A DNA stretch of 63,974 bases, the filler included, from Reticulomyxa filosa (Eukaryota; Protista; Foraminifera), in assembly GCA_000512085.1 (NCBI GenBank). It is 12 parts of 12 records of this genome, joined end to end, with 100 filler letters (N's around TTAATTAATTAA, not from the genome) between each part and the next. Parts side by side here need not be neighbours in the genome. Positions count along the whole stretch, not along the records: positions 50,863 to 53,098 come from ASPP01006398.1; positions 53,199 to 56,572 come from ASPP01023882.1; positions 56,673 to 60,938 come from ASPP01003893.1; positions 61,039 to 62,874 come from ASPP01040503.1; positions 62,975 to 63,974 come from ASPP01043488.1; 7 more parts are not named here. One strand, written 5' to 3'. Shown in pieces: positions 50,863 to 63,974 of this stretch (position 1 is its first letter; the number at the start of each line of letters is the position of its first letter). The notes under the pieces were generated by a model that was not told the DNA's origin, made no database searches, and saw nothing but the letters and a program-made list of their open reading frames with translations. The translations under genes and the position numbers were made by a program.

Positions 50863-53098
50863 ATCTTCCTTTGGACAAATTGCAATTGTATTTAACTTTT
50901 CTGCAAGAAAACGTATTTCATTGAACGTGAAATAATTCAATGCTGGGTAATCGGTTCTCAATTGAAGACATTTTTTTTGCCATGATTCCAATATGCTTTT
51001 CCATTTCATTTCAAGTTGGTCATATACACTCAATTCTTCTTTCACTGCCAAAGATAGTGATCCGGTTTCTTGTCGCCCTCCTTTTTTCCAAAAACGTACA
51101 CGTAGCCTCTCAATCTCCTTGCACGTTTTGAACTGTTGGATTAGTGCCTCTACTTGTTTTAACTCCTTTTCCTTTGAATACCCAAGATAAATAAGATCAA
51201 TTTTATGCTCTATTTGATCATAATAGTGTTCTTTAGTATTAATTTCAAGACAAACCACGTATTTTTCCTTTCTTTATTCGAGGCAACGGAGTCATTGTGC
51301 TGCAGCACCTGATTGCAACTTGCAAATACCCATTTCCCAATTTGTGCTGCCTGTGTTAACACCTCCAAACTTTGCACTGCTTGCAATTGTCCCGCCTCTT
51401 CCACAAGGTACGACACACTGTTTAGGTCTGCATCGCAACACTTTCGAAATTTGTGAACAAACATTTGATCAGTTTTATGTAGTTTCAAAAGTGCATTTGC
51501 CAAGTCCGTGACTCGTTCGAATGAAACGTTCCAGATACACTCTCGAATGTTTTCATTGACTGTACGTAATGCACCAACCAACGTTTGGAGTGAGGGGTCT
51601 TTGCTATTGTTCAAAGTTTCTATGGTATTTTCAAAATGATTTTTGTTAACAAAATGCGTGCTGGTTGTCAGCTCTTTAATCAATGTTTCTTCATGTTTTG
51701 CAATCAGATCTAGTAATTCTACACACTCCGAATCTACCTCTTTAAAATTGCCTGCGCAATTGTCATAGCATGTTGATAGTTGTTGAACAGAGGCCTCCGT
51801 TTTGGTAAGAAAGCTCTTGCCCTTGTTGAATTCATTGACAAAATCAATCCAATCAGAATCCTCTGCTATTTTACTATTCAATTTGTAATTTTTTTTCACA
51901 ACCTCTGTGGCCTCAATCAATTTGGACCAAGGTGTTTGCATGCTTTTGAATTTTTTAATTTTTTTTAGTTTTGTTTCAATACTTTGAGTCAGAGATTGTA
52001 TTTCTGTGCGAGACATCAAAGGGAACATATGCACCAACTCCGAACTTAATTCGCACGATTTAAACCATTCAATATCCTTTATCTGAAATGTCTCTTTCGT
52101 CATAGTTTGTTTCAATTTATTCCAGCTGCTGAAGGTATTTTTATGAAGCGTATTCACAGTCTCTTGAAACGGCAACATCATCTCTCCTTTCAGCTCGATT
52201 TGGCACGCAGTCCATAGTTTTTTAAAAACCCAACTTCCTGTCACTTCCCTCAACTCTTCTAGCTGATGCTTAGTCTTTTGCAACGTCTCTAGTTCTTTCA
52301 AGTATTTTTCCTGTGCATCTGGAAATGACTCCAAATCCCAGTTTTCGCAAAAGCGACTGAATTGTTGTAGCTCGTTCGTATTTTCATCAAATTTGTAATG
52401 CACCGATACTGTGACATACAATTCTTTCAAATGCACAAATTCTTTGTATTTTTCTAACAGTGTCAATAGTTTTTGTAAGTCATCTTGCGTGTCTTTGTTG
52501 TTGTCATCATCCTTGAGCTTAAGGAGAGATTGGTGGAGGGTCTTAAGGTTCTCCTTGTTGTTGCTACATTCCAAAAATCGGAAAACACAAAATTTAATCG
52601 TCTTATTTTGCACCATTTGAAACAGCTTGTGTAATGATTCTTTCACAAATATCTCTAAGTCGATTAAAATTTTCGGTTTTTTTTCTCCTTGCACAGTCAA
52701 CAATGAAAGCCAGGGGATGCATAGGAAACAATGCTCCAAGTGATGAATCAGCAAAGTTTGGAGGTTCTTGTCAGATATCTCCTCTGGATTTTTTGCTTCA
52801 TTTGTTTCTTGCTTTTCTCCCTTTGCTTCAATTTCGACTCCGATCTTGATTTCACTCTCAACGTCGGGCTTGGCTTCAATGTCGGGTTTACTTTTGCTAG
52901 TCTTTTCGATTGTATCTGATTTGAGGCTGTGTTTTTTTTTTTCCACGAATGGTTTTTGACATAAATAGACAGAATTGAGTAGAAAAGGAGAAGAAAAAAA
53001 AAAGGGGCGTGCAAAATAAATATTGTGCGAATACGTACCTGTTTGAATCCATTCGGACAGGAATGTCGATAATAATGTTGAATACGTCCTCCAATAAG
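50863..53098 (-). CDS. Fragment of a giant helical protein, possibly RNF213/mysterin-like; partial at both ends
   Basis: 578-aa ORF plus a frameshifted 3' part ending W...C..LRTDYPALNYFTFNEIRFL, which resembles the motif preceding the AAA+ core of RNF213-like proteins. Confidence 0.5.
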
Positions 53099-53479
53099 NN
53101 NNNNNNNNNNNNNNNNNNNNNNNNNNNNNNNNNNNNNNNNNNTTAATTAATTAANNNNNNNNNNNNNNNNNNNNNNNNNNNNNNNNNNNNNNNNNNNNTT
53201 TTATTTTATTTTCATTTGTGTTTACCAAGTTTTTCTTTTTTTTTTTTTTGGTTATTTGTGTTTACAGTTATTATAATTGGTTTGAAAATACAAGAATAAA
53301 AATGAAAAAAAAACCAATTGAATAAATGGACAACAACTCAACATCTCGCATCATGTCCTTCTGCTGTTTCGCTGTCCCAAGTAAATACAAAAACGAACAA
53401 AAAAAAAAAAAAAAGTAATAACAATTTATTTATTTTATTTTTTTTTTGTTTTTTTTTTGGTTGATTTCATTTCGGTTTT

Positions 53480-54151
53480 TGAGTTATTTGTGTATGCGTT
53501 GACTAAACTTCCGAAAACCATGACAGGTGGTAATGCAATACCGTGTATCAACATTGCCGTCAAGAGACCTAAAGTGAAAGGAGACATCAAGGAAAACAAA
53601 ACCCAAAAAAAAAAAAAAATGTTGTTTTTCTTGTGGATATATGTGTTTTGTACAAGTATGCGGAAACACTTGTTTGCCTCACACCTCCTGATCCGGCACG
53701 TGTCATTTGTTCGTAGAAAATTAAGAATAAAAATAAGTCATGACTCTCATGGCCTTCAAATGGTGTTCCTCCAAATTCCTTTGGATAAAAAAATGAATAC
53801 ACTCCACTGTCATATGCCTTTTGATAGAATTCCGATGGAACATTGCCTTCTTTTTCCCATTTGTCAATGTAAGGCAACACCTATCATTTTTATTGTTCCT
53901 TGTTACGTTTTTCCTTTTACTTTTTTTTTTTCTCTGTAAGGCTCTTAAATATTCAACTAAAACAGGAAAGAATATTCCCCAGAAATTGAAGAAAAAACAC
54001 CCCTCTTGCTTACCTCTTTTTCGCAAAATTTTTTGACAACTTGTCGCCATCGTCGATGCATATCAGTATAATATGGACTGCCATGATTTTCCCAATCAGT
54101 CAGACTAATCAAGTCAACATCTTTCAAATGTGCATGTTCTGTTTCGGCCAT
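53480..54151 (-). CDS. Acyl-CoA dehydrogenase, N-terminal exons (3'-partial)
   Basis: SPYYTDMHRRWRQVVKKFCEKE | MLPYIDKWEKEG..YPKEFGG..EQMTRAGSGG | GIALPPVMVFGS. Confidence 0.85.
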
Positions 54152-55758
54152 TCTTATAGCTGCTCAAGCAAAGATGCAGTTATGACAGAAAATCCCCAGC
54201 GTTGCCCGTCCAACGGTAAACGTTTACCATAATCTTTGCCCTTCGTTGAAAAGGAACTTAATTCATCCATTAAACATCAGATTTGCATAACCCAAAATTT
54301 GAATATGAAAAACTATTTAAAATTCCACAATTTCAAACACGGTTTAATTTATCGACAATGTTCAACAATTGAAAAAAAGTTTTAAAAAAAGATTTTCGAT
54401 ATTTCATTAAAACGCTATTTTCAAAATTTTCCACACAACTTTTCATTTGTTTTTTTTGAAATTTTGCTTGAAAAGGTAAGTCTTTCGTATTACACTTGTC
54501 TTGCTTTTTTCGTCTGAACACTAGATTTTGAACTAAAAAAAAGACTGCTGACCTTACTGAGTGGCGTTGTATTGTATTTTTCCAGATTAGTTTTTCGATT
54601 AATTCAAGTAGTTCTTGCATTAATGAAAATTACAATCTGGTTGTTTGTTGTTAATCACAAGCCTTTTTCTACGGTATGTCGCGTTTTAACTAAAAAGTTC
54701 AGTGTAAATATATTTAAAGCAACACTTCCGATTAGTGTAGCTTTTTCCCCTTTTTGGAACAATATTTTATTTTTTGAATTTAAGTAAATTTATGATTGTT
54801 TGAAATAGCTCTTCATGTTAAAATTTTGGACAAATGTGGACGTGTAAAGTGCGTTTCTATTCAATGTTTTAATTTTTCATTTTGTCTATCTTTTTGCACT
54901 GTTTTTTAAGAGGTTTGCAAATTACAAATAAATTGAAAATTTGTAGAGATTTTCAGAAGCAATCCGAAAGCAATTTTTGCTTAACAGGGTGTCCAGAATG
55001 GAGGAAAACGTTTCTGTGGAAAATATTTCACTTGTTTTCGTGGATCAACAACAATTTTTGAGAAATTTTCGAGTAAAATTAAAAATAGTAATAGATATGA
55101 TAGTCATTTTTTTGTTAAAAAAAGTAATGGCAGCGTTTAGCATGTGTTCTTGTTAATCTCGTCCAGCATAAACCGTTTTTGCTTCTTGCAACGAAACAAT
55201 ACCGCGAGGAGCCCACCCAAACAAAATTTTACTTTTATCAGGTCACATATCTTTGTTTCACAGTTTTCTTCTTTACAAGACGCATTTCGGTAAAGGAAAT
55301 GTATTTCTTTATGTTTTCGTTGTCGCAAGAAAAAAGAGTTTTTTAGCCCATAAAACTGTTTTAACTGTGTGCACTAACAATAGGACCCAAAGAATTCAAG
55401 GTATGTTAAATCTAACAATTTAACAAATATAGATTTTGTCTCCTGCATAACCGCATCCATTCAATTTTTTTTACCACAAAAAAGAATCTGTATGTTTATT
55501 TTAGGAAAGGAAAGTTCTTACGACAAAAAAAGCAAGATGGAATGGTTTGAGGTTAGCTTTTTTAAATTATCTTTTTATTGTTTTGCAATAACAAAAAACA
55601 AAAGTAATACATACTTTGATTAAAAAAAGGCAATAATTGATAGAGTGTCTATTCGTTTGCACAATTACAGTTACAGTGTCAATCACAATATATACTGTTG
55701 CATGAGCGAAGGGGTGCGTAATTGTGTTTTAATAGACAAAGTAAAATGTAATGGAGGA

Positions 55759-56572
55759 ATGCAAGACGACCATAGCGGCCAAAACACCATACACGAAGAA
55801 GAAAGAAAATTTGCAAAGGAAATAAAAACATTGATTCGATTATTTGGTGACTCAATTAACAAAGGAGAGTTACAGCAGAAAATAGAACATCATAATGGAA
55901 ATATCGAATTGGTGATTAAAGATCTTGTTCAGCAATCGATTGAACAAGAGGTACTACAACATGTCTTTTTTTTTTATCGATGTTGGAAATATCTTTTCTT
56001 ACACACAAAAAAACAAAGAAAAAATTAGAGGCAGAACGCAGCATGAATGAATTAAAGGATACAGAGCAGGTAATAAAAAATATGTATTCATTTTGTCGTA
56101 TTAATTCATTTGTTTGCAATAATGAATAGAAACAAGAACAAGGAAATGCAGTGAATGAGACTAATGCTAATAACAAAAGCATACAAAAGGAAACGGAAGA
56201 AACAGAAATTGGAGAAATAAAACCAGGAATTAATTTGCAAGGATATTGCACGAATGAAACATGTTTGGCAGCAAAAGAAAAATTACCAGTATGGGTGAAT
56301 ATTGGATTTGGTGAGATTACATTTATATCAGAAAAGAAAAAATTGGATTGCCCTGATTGTAAAAAAACAACAGTTGTATCAATAATAAAAGCAATGTTTT
56401 ATAATTGTGAATATTCAATTTGTACAAATGATAATAATAATGGTAATATAATACCGATAAAAGATAATAATTATCAAAGTATATATACAATAGAATTAGG
56501 ATTATCATATGAATTAAAAGCAAATAAAATTAGACAACATGCAAAAAGTATAGAAGATTTAAGAGAAAGAAG
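55759..56572 (+). CDS. N-terminal exons of a paralog of the RelA/SpoT-NACHT family (helical module + Cys4 domain), 3'-partial
   Basis: Ends KAMFYN..GLSYELKANKIRQHAKSIEDLRER, nearly identical to KAMFYK..GLSYELKANKIKQYAKSMEYLRER at the start of the 1570..2697 ORF. Contains PGINLQGYCTNETC..GFG..CPDC. Confidence 0.8.
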
Positions 56573-56672
56573 NNNNNNNNNNNNNNNNNNNNNNNNNNNN
56601 NNNNNNNNNNNNNNNNTTAATTAATTAANNNNNNNNNNNNNNNNNNNNNNNNNNNNNNNNNNNNNNNNNNNN

Positions 56673-58096
56673 GGGGAAAATCTTGCAGCAAATACTCGAT
56701 CAGTATGTCCTCTGAAAGTTTGAACTTGTCTTCCGGATACAAAATCCCACATTCGAACAGTATGATTATATGATGCTGAAACAATCTTGCGACCATCAGC
56801 AGAAAATGTTACACTATTCACTGTACTATCATGTGCTTGTAAAACCATTAACAATTGAAAACTGCTTACCTATTTAAAATATGAACTCTACAATTAGCTA
56901 TCATTTATATATAAAAAATATTGCTTAACATATTTGATAATAATTTTATTAAAATCATTGATCCAGCCTAATTTTATCTTTGAAATTCGAATCCAATGAT
57001 GGATAACAACTTGTATTTCATTTTTTGTCTGTTGATCGTTTGTTCATCAGAATTTATTTGTACAGTTCTGAAACATTCAATGAAAGCTTACCAACTGTTG
57101 CATCTTTTTATCCATCCATTTACTCGTTTTTGTTTTGATGTGCATTCGTGATGAAATCATTTTGCTGTTCAATCCACCAATGATATGTATGTGAGTGTTA
57201 TCTTCATTCAATATCCCAAAACTATTAAATAGTGGAATAGGCAAAGTATGTCTAAATTTAGTCCATATTTTTTCTTGTATTGAATACTTATACAATATGT
57301 TTGAAACAATATATTTTGTGAATCCGCCAAAGAACAAGATGCTGCCGTTTATACATACATATGCATATTCACGTAAGGTAATATCATCACAAATAGGTAA
57401 TTTATGAAATTGAAAAATATTGTTATGTTCATTATATGCAATTGATAGTCCTGTCTCCTTACAAAACAATATCATTTCGTCCTTTGTTTTCTTTTTACTT
57501 TTTTTTTTTCATTTGTCTTCGTCATTTCTTCATTTTCTGCTTTAATACAAAGCAATGATAATAGAGTCACGAGTTGGTATAGTATCATGTTTAATAAATT
57601 TAAATGTATTTAAGTCAAATACACTGATATTCTGTAAACGATAAGTAATAAACAACAAATGATTGTTACTTCCACCAATCACTGCACGAACTCCTTCATA
57701 ACTATCTTCATTTCTTCCAATGTGAATTGGATTATTGTGATTGTCTGTGAAAGTAATCCATTGATTATAACTAGGATTATTTAATTTACACTCATTACTC
57801 CAAACACTTACATATTTCATTGCCAGTATATGTCTTGGAAATCCACCAAAAGATAACAAAGTGATTTCATTGCTTTTTTTGTTATTATCTACCAGTTTCA
57901 CTACACAGTGTCCATATAACATAATATTTGGATACAAGCAGATAAGCTTGTATTTGTTTTTGAGTGTATGATAAGAATAACAAACTCTTTCACCAGAACC
58001 TCCACAAATGAGGATTTCGTGTTTGTGTAGCACACATTGAGAATTAGGAAGTGGAATGGGCAAATCCTGCAAATTTTGAAAATTTTGCTTACTCAT
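56673..58096 (-). CDS. Kelch-like propeller followed by a linker motif and WD40 repeats (fusion); 3'-partial, one frameshift
   Basis: ILICGG, LLSFGG, VIGGS, LFFGG and IIGG Kelch blades. Exon EIQVVIHHWIRISKIKLGWINDFNKIIIKY splices to FQLLMVLQAHDSTVNSVTFSADGRKIVSAS..WD. Frameshift at about 57560. Confidence 0.8.
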
Positions 58097-58299
58097 AATG
58101 TTGGAGAGTTAGTTTTTTAAAAAGATTTCATGAAAAAGGACAACCCCTTTCGAACAAGTCAAAAAAAAAGGTATAAATTTTTGTAAGTCCTTAGAACAAA
58201 ATCAAGTCCTTTTCGACGCAGAGAGTAAAGTTCCATATTGGGTAATTCTCTCCACCCTTGAATACAATTCAATATTTCATTCATTATGTTGCTCCTTTT

Positions 58300-58430
58300 T
58301 TCTATCACCTGATCCAGAGCATATTACATTTGAACTACCAACTTCGCTGTTATTTGCTATAATTTGTGAATATTTAACAGTATTTATATCACTTATATGT
58401 CCATCGAACACTTGATTTAATTTCACTAAT
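58300..58430 (-). pseudogene. WD40 relic
   Basis: QVFDGHISDINTVKYSQ..SNVICSGSGD, the same family as 1..808. Confidence 0.6.
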
Positions 58431-60106
58431 AGAATACACAATTAACATTTTTTCCTATTAAAAAAGCATTTCAATATAAAAATATGTAATAATATCACAT
58501 GAAAATATTTGTGGCTGAAATCTCAATATTCAATCAAATTTAATAAATTAATACAAACCAAATTAATTTGCAAATAAAAAGCATTCAAATGCTTTTACAT
58601 TTGCCCCAAGCTTAAGCCATAAGCCGTAGTACTAAGCCTAAAGCCAATTTTTGCCTTTATTAAAAAATAACAACATTTTACTACCATCTTTTGCGATTTT
58701 ACGTTGTCTTGATTATTTACAATACATTTTTGTTTGAACTTGTTTTAATAGTTTGAGCAATAAATTAATAACAGTCCCTTTTGTTACAAGCGTGAGTGAA
58801 ATCAAATTAAACGTGGAGCCTGGTGTCCAAATCAACTGTTGTAATTATGAAACTGACAACAAACATTTGCGATATTTTGTCATTACGCGTAATCAATTTT
58901 ACAGAAAATTACATTGTATCAAAGAAAAATATATTATTTAATTGACAACTCAAAAAATATAGTTTGTAATAAGATTGATTGAAAATTTAGCGTAATTACA
59001 CACGAAAACAGTAGTTAAGTTATTTCGTGAAAAGCAATAGCCAATTTATGCTTATCTAATAGATATATTCAAATGTTTTGAAGTAATGTAAACTTAAATT
59101 GCATATTCGAATTGATAATAGCAAAAATGTAATAAGAATGAAACAGTGCAGTGATCATGATATTTTACAATAAAAGTCATCAATGAACAATGTAGAAATA
59201 TTATACATAGAACTGTTGATAATCGTCTTTAAAAAGTAGAAAAGCGTTTTACAATCACCTTGTGATAACAATATTAAATGACAAAGTTGATCTGAAAGAA
59301 GAACTTAAATCTTTAGTACATTTATTTCGATATTATATGCCAATGATTGAAATACAGTAACAAGTGCAATTTAAACAACAATACACTTATGTTTATTTAT
59401 CAATAAAAATCTATATTCATCCAAAAATTACAAAAGAAGCACGAAAAAACGCAACAAAGACATTAAAGTACATTCCAACGTGTCAAATGATTCAAGTGAT
59501 AAGTCAGCATCAAACTTTGAAAGAATTTGAAGTACTAATATGTTAAGTTTGTTCAGGAGGTCTTTATGCGCAGTTCGGTTAGCCGTGTTGCTGAATTTTT
59601 TTAAGTATGTGACATGACCCTTTTAAAAAACGACAAAAAAGGTATTTACACAGCAGTAAATAAAGCAAATTCAAAAGTTGAGTTGGTGTCTTTTTACAAA
59701 CAGTTGCTAAAAAAAAAGGGCAGGAATTGAATGTGAAAAGTTGTTACAATATCCGAACAATTAAGAATAGTTCCTTCTTTTTTCAAGAGCAAAATAAATC
59801 TTAGGGGCTGTGTTCTCGCAAAAGTGCAAATAAAAAAAAGCCTCACACAATAAAAGATTTGCAAGAAATCGACAAAAAGAATTGAAATGCGGTATTTGAC
59901 ACCATCGTGGACGAGCTCCAAACCAAAAAAAGGATAGTGTCATTACCTGCTTTTCAATTAGAACACAGCGTAGTCATAAGTTGTGATTTTGGCAGATAAC
60001 AGCAACCTCTTTTACCAACAATAGTGTTTTGCAGCTTTCGGCGAATAATTTCTTTTTTTAAATTCCTGTGTTTTGTAAAGACAATTGCTACACTTATACA
60101 CATAAA

Positions 60107-60172
60107 AATATATATGTATATATATGTATATATATGTATATATATGTATATATATGTATATATATGTATATA
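60107..60172. repeat. (TATATATGTA)n microsatellite
   Basis: Direct tandem repeat. Confidence 0.9.
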
Positions 60173-61038
60173 AATCTTTCCAAATTTTTTTACTAAGAAA
60201 AAAATCTAAACTATTACGCAATCTAAATACACAGAGTCGGAGTCTGTCAATTGGCTCAATGTATCGAAATATTTAAAAATAAAGTCGTAATCATTTCGGT
60301 GTTGCACAGACAGCAATACCTCTTTCCACGCAAAGTTTCCTATTACGAGTTGCGCCGCACTCATTTGTGAAGCGATCTGACCTAATTCCTCCTATCATTT
60401 CATTCCACCCCACCCCCCGTCCTATCCCATTTCACTCCAAGGTTATACACTCCATTGTGGCAAAAGCAATATGGAGGCATAAAAAAAAAAGACAAAAACC
60501 TGATCCGATTCTATTAGCTGCTCCAATTCTGCTTGTCTTTCTGTTTCAGAATCATTTCTATCATTTTTTTCATCAATTTTCATTTTCGAATCGACCTATG
60601 GGAGACGAGTGAGAAAAAAGAAAAAAAAAAAGGGGGAGTGCAATTGAACACTGAAAAAAAAAACTCAAAAAAAAAAAAAGCAAAGTTTCGAGCATTGCAA
60701 ACGAGTGACGCAACTGTTACAAATGTGGTAAATCCCTCCAAAAGCTGTTTCTTCATGTTTGCTTCAGAGTTTTTCTATTATGGTGATGGGTGATGTGATA
60801 TGTAACATTTAAAACAAAAAAAAAAAGGTTATATGACCATAACTTTTTTTTTGGTATTACAATTATACAGACGGAGGGGGGGAGGGGAAAGGAGGGAACA
60901 AAACTTTATTGCATGCACTCTCACTGCCCAGCAATTTCNNNNNNNNNNNNNNNNNNNNNNNNNNNNNNNNNNNNNNNNNNNNTTAATTAATTAANNNNNN
61001 NNNNNNNNNNNNNNNNNNNNNNNNNNNNNNNNNNNNNN

Positions 61039-62874
61039 GATGCATTGATTCAAAATTTAGATCATCAAACTCATCATTTGATTGGGGAAATGCAAGAACA
61101 TGTGAAGAATGAATTCATATTGCAAACACAATTGGATAAATTGGCGCAAGTTGGAGCTGCCTTTCCCGAGTTTGCATCTGTGTATAAAGAAGCTTGTCAA
61201 GCATTGGCAAAACATCTGACCAATTATGTAAACAATGCAAAAGGATGTCTTGACAATTACAGCTTTAAAGAGATGCGAAAAAATTTGGAGTCACTTGTAA
61301 AAGCATTGTCTCTTCAATCCCATTTAGTTTCTTTATTTGATATTAAACAAGAAATTTCAAATTTGGAAACTCAGTTATTAATGTGTTTACGTAAGTTGAC
61401 GGATGAAGGACTTGGCGTGATCAAAAAAGCAATAAAGGATGAGTCTAATTTCCACAAAGAAGAAAAAGATGACACCTTTTCATTTGTTCAAATTGAAAAA
61501 CTTGGTAAATCTGACATTGAACAATTGGAGACAAGTGCTGCGATATTAGAAAATGCAGTAAATGTGTTTGAACTGCCTTTCCAACATGTCAATCTCGACA
61601 AATCTATCAAACAAGTGTTTCAGTCGTTTTTAGGCGAAGTCGTTGTGTACTTTGAAAGAATCAGTCAAAAGATTGCATCTCTTTTTGAAAAACAGAGGTA
61701 TCAAGCCTTTGATGAGATCAAAGGTTTTGTGTTCGTCATGGATAATCTTCGCAAAATAAAAGCAGTGGAACAAAGGACTCAACGAAGTTATTTCCAAATT
61801 ATTGAAAGAATATTTGGATATGTGCGTGATGTTCATAAAGATATTGAATTGATGCTCCCTTTGTTGATGAAACAAGACCTATCGTTTGATTATAATAGAC
61901 TTTTTGAGTGTATAGGTTGTATGAATCGATCCAAATGGATTGAGGAGCGTCAAGAAGGAAGAGGCGATAATTTAATGGATGCAATCAAAGAAAAACTGAT
62001 GTTGCATCTATGTGAATTGAAACAGTCGAGTACATCTTTAGAATTGGATATCGATCATCCAGATCATTTGGAGCAAGGTCGTAAGATAGTTGAACATTTG
62101 GAGAAATTAAATAGGTTAGAGTCAATCATTCCCGAAATTACCAATTATCACAAAGAAGTTGGAATGAAAATTGAACATGCAATTCGAGCGACAGTGTCCA
62201 CAATTGAGCATGAATTTTCATTGGAAAGAAAAAACGTGCATTATCAAAAAGAGATTAAAGAACAGCTGAAGAAATTAAAAGTGTATACCGAAAGCCTCAA
62301 TCATGCCAATGCATATTTACAACAAAAGAAATTGAAGAATGCACAAGAATTAGATTCCCGAATCCAATCCATTGAAAATGAAATAAAAATGAATAATACA
62401 GACTTTGAAAAAGAAAAAAACAATTTTGATAAAGAAATTCAGAGAGTAAATGAAGAAATTTCGAAATTGATGGATATTAAGCAGAGTTATCAACAATTGG
62501 CCATAAAAAAGAATCGGAGGGACAAAAATATTCCGCAGAAAGCTATTGACTTTTTGAAAAAACAAGGTTATCAATCAATTGAACAAATTGAGGAACAAGA
62601 AAATCGAGCAGATATTAAATCAGAAACACTTCAAGAAAAAAAACAAGAATTGGAAAAAACTCAGACACAACACATTAAAAAACTAGATAAAAATTTGAAA
62701 GAATATCAGCAAATTCAAAAAGAGTTCCAGCAATTGCAACAAAAAGAAAAAGTGATATTGAAGACTGCCTCCAAATTTTTAAAAAGTCGAGGTTTCTCGG
62801 ACTTGGAAATCTCAAGATTGGCCAGTGACAAAAATGAACTTATCGAAAAGATTGGAAAATATGAGCGCGAAATC
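61039..62874 (+). CDS. Large alpha-helical/coiled-coil protein, partial at both ends
   Basis: Frame open across the whole 1.8-kb contig, with a K/E/Q-rich heptad region in the C-terminal half. Confidence 0.8.
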
Positions 62875-63002
62875 NNNNNNNNNNNNNNNNNNNNNNNNNN
62901 NNNNNNNNNNNNNNNNNNTTAATTAATTAANNNNNNNNNNNNNNNNNNNNNNNNNNNNNNNNNNNNNNNNNNNNTTTTTATTTTTTTTTTTTGTTGCAAT
63001 AG

Positions 63003-63974
63003 CGAAACTCCACGTGGAGGACAGCCCAACATACCGTTTCAATACGATGACCAAATTGGCAGTGTCTATGCAACTGCGACGAGGCTGGGCTCGTCTTCGT
63101 CGCTACAGTCGTACGGCAACGTCGTAGAGACGTATCAAAACACTCTGCCGCGACAAGAGAGCTCGACATACGAGCAAGAGCCTACGTCGGCCCCCCCACC
63201 CAGTCCTTCGCCGAGTCGAATAGCGGAGATGCAGCAAGAGGAGAAGCTGGGCGCCACCATGGACAACGAGTTTGCACAGTCGAATCGATCATCCAAGCCG
63301 CACCAAAGACGTAACAAAAGAGAGCAAGAGCAAGGACAAGGACAAGGACAAGAACAAGAACAAGGACAACGAGAAGACAGATTCAAAGGCAAGCACACTT
63401 CGATGCAACATGCAAATGAAGTCGAAATTGAAATCGAGCATGAACGTAATAAAAGTTCCTCCAAACCCGCTTTTCGGAGTCGCAAACAAACAGGTTTATT
63501 GACTCCTGTAGGTATGAATCATTCAGCTATATATACATATATATATACATATATATAACGTATACGAACATTAAACTTAATACGTATCACTTAAAAAAAA
63601 AAAAAAAAAAGTGGACGATCAGGCACATGAACCGCGACAAATGTCGAATGGGAGCAACATGACATCGATTAGCTTTCCTCCAAGCAACTACTTTGGCGAT
63701 ACCCCAGTTCCAACACGTGACATGGAATCTCCCAACCGCGACAAAGGGAAGAGTCCAGTCAATGTGCTGAGTTCCAACCGTCGGAAAAGCCAAGAGCACG
63801 AAGAAACGCCAAAGAAAGACTCGGGCAAAGAGACAATGAATGGAATGGACTCGATCAAGTCCAATGAACGCACAAAAGAGGAAGCCAAAGACGCGAAAAA
63901 AGTAGAGAAAAACAGGTCCTTGGACCTGGTGCAGTCCTCTCCGCCGCCTTCGACGGTAAAGAGCAGCCGCAAAG
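63003..63974 (+). CDS. Internal exons of a low-complexity hypothetical protein
   Basis: Exon about 63003-63511 (ETPRGGQPN..EQEQGQGQGQ..), intron with TATATACA repeats and a poly(A)-AG acceptor, then an exon from about 63612 to the window end. Confidence 0.6.

Overview
AT-rich, intron-containing eukaryotic DNA. It is 12 contig pieces joined by 11 artificial 100-nt spacers (N44-TTAATTAATTAA-N44), so neighbourhood across spacers is not evidence of linkage. The repertoire (WD40 and Kelch families sharing a HWIR..IKLGWI.DF motif, caspase-like relics, many decayed LINEs) looks like the foraminiferan Reticulomyxa filosa or a relative; this is my recognition, not a database result. Recognisable housekeeping genes: Ulp1/SENP protease, FYVE protein, PQ-loop transporter, triple-PH protein with a CaaX tail, EMC10, REEP/Yop1, omega-class GST, C2H2 protein, RasGEF, GDP-fucose-transporter-like protein and acyl-CoA dehydrogenase. 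There are also actin and caspase-like pseudogenes and several LINE remnants. The most striking signal is a multicopy family that places a RelA/SpoT-like (alarmone synthetase fold) nucleotidyltransferase directly upstream of a NACHT/STAND NTPase. One decayed copy lies at 1233-2697, and a paralogous N-terminus with a Cys4 domain lies at 55759-56572. This is an NLR-like architecture with a nucleotide-synthesising effector in a protist. Other candidates are a GC-enriched, hairpin-rich 370-nt segment at about 7990-8360, an RNF213-like fragment, a Kelch-WD40 fusion and poly(A) splice acceptors.
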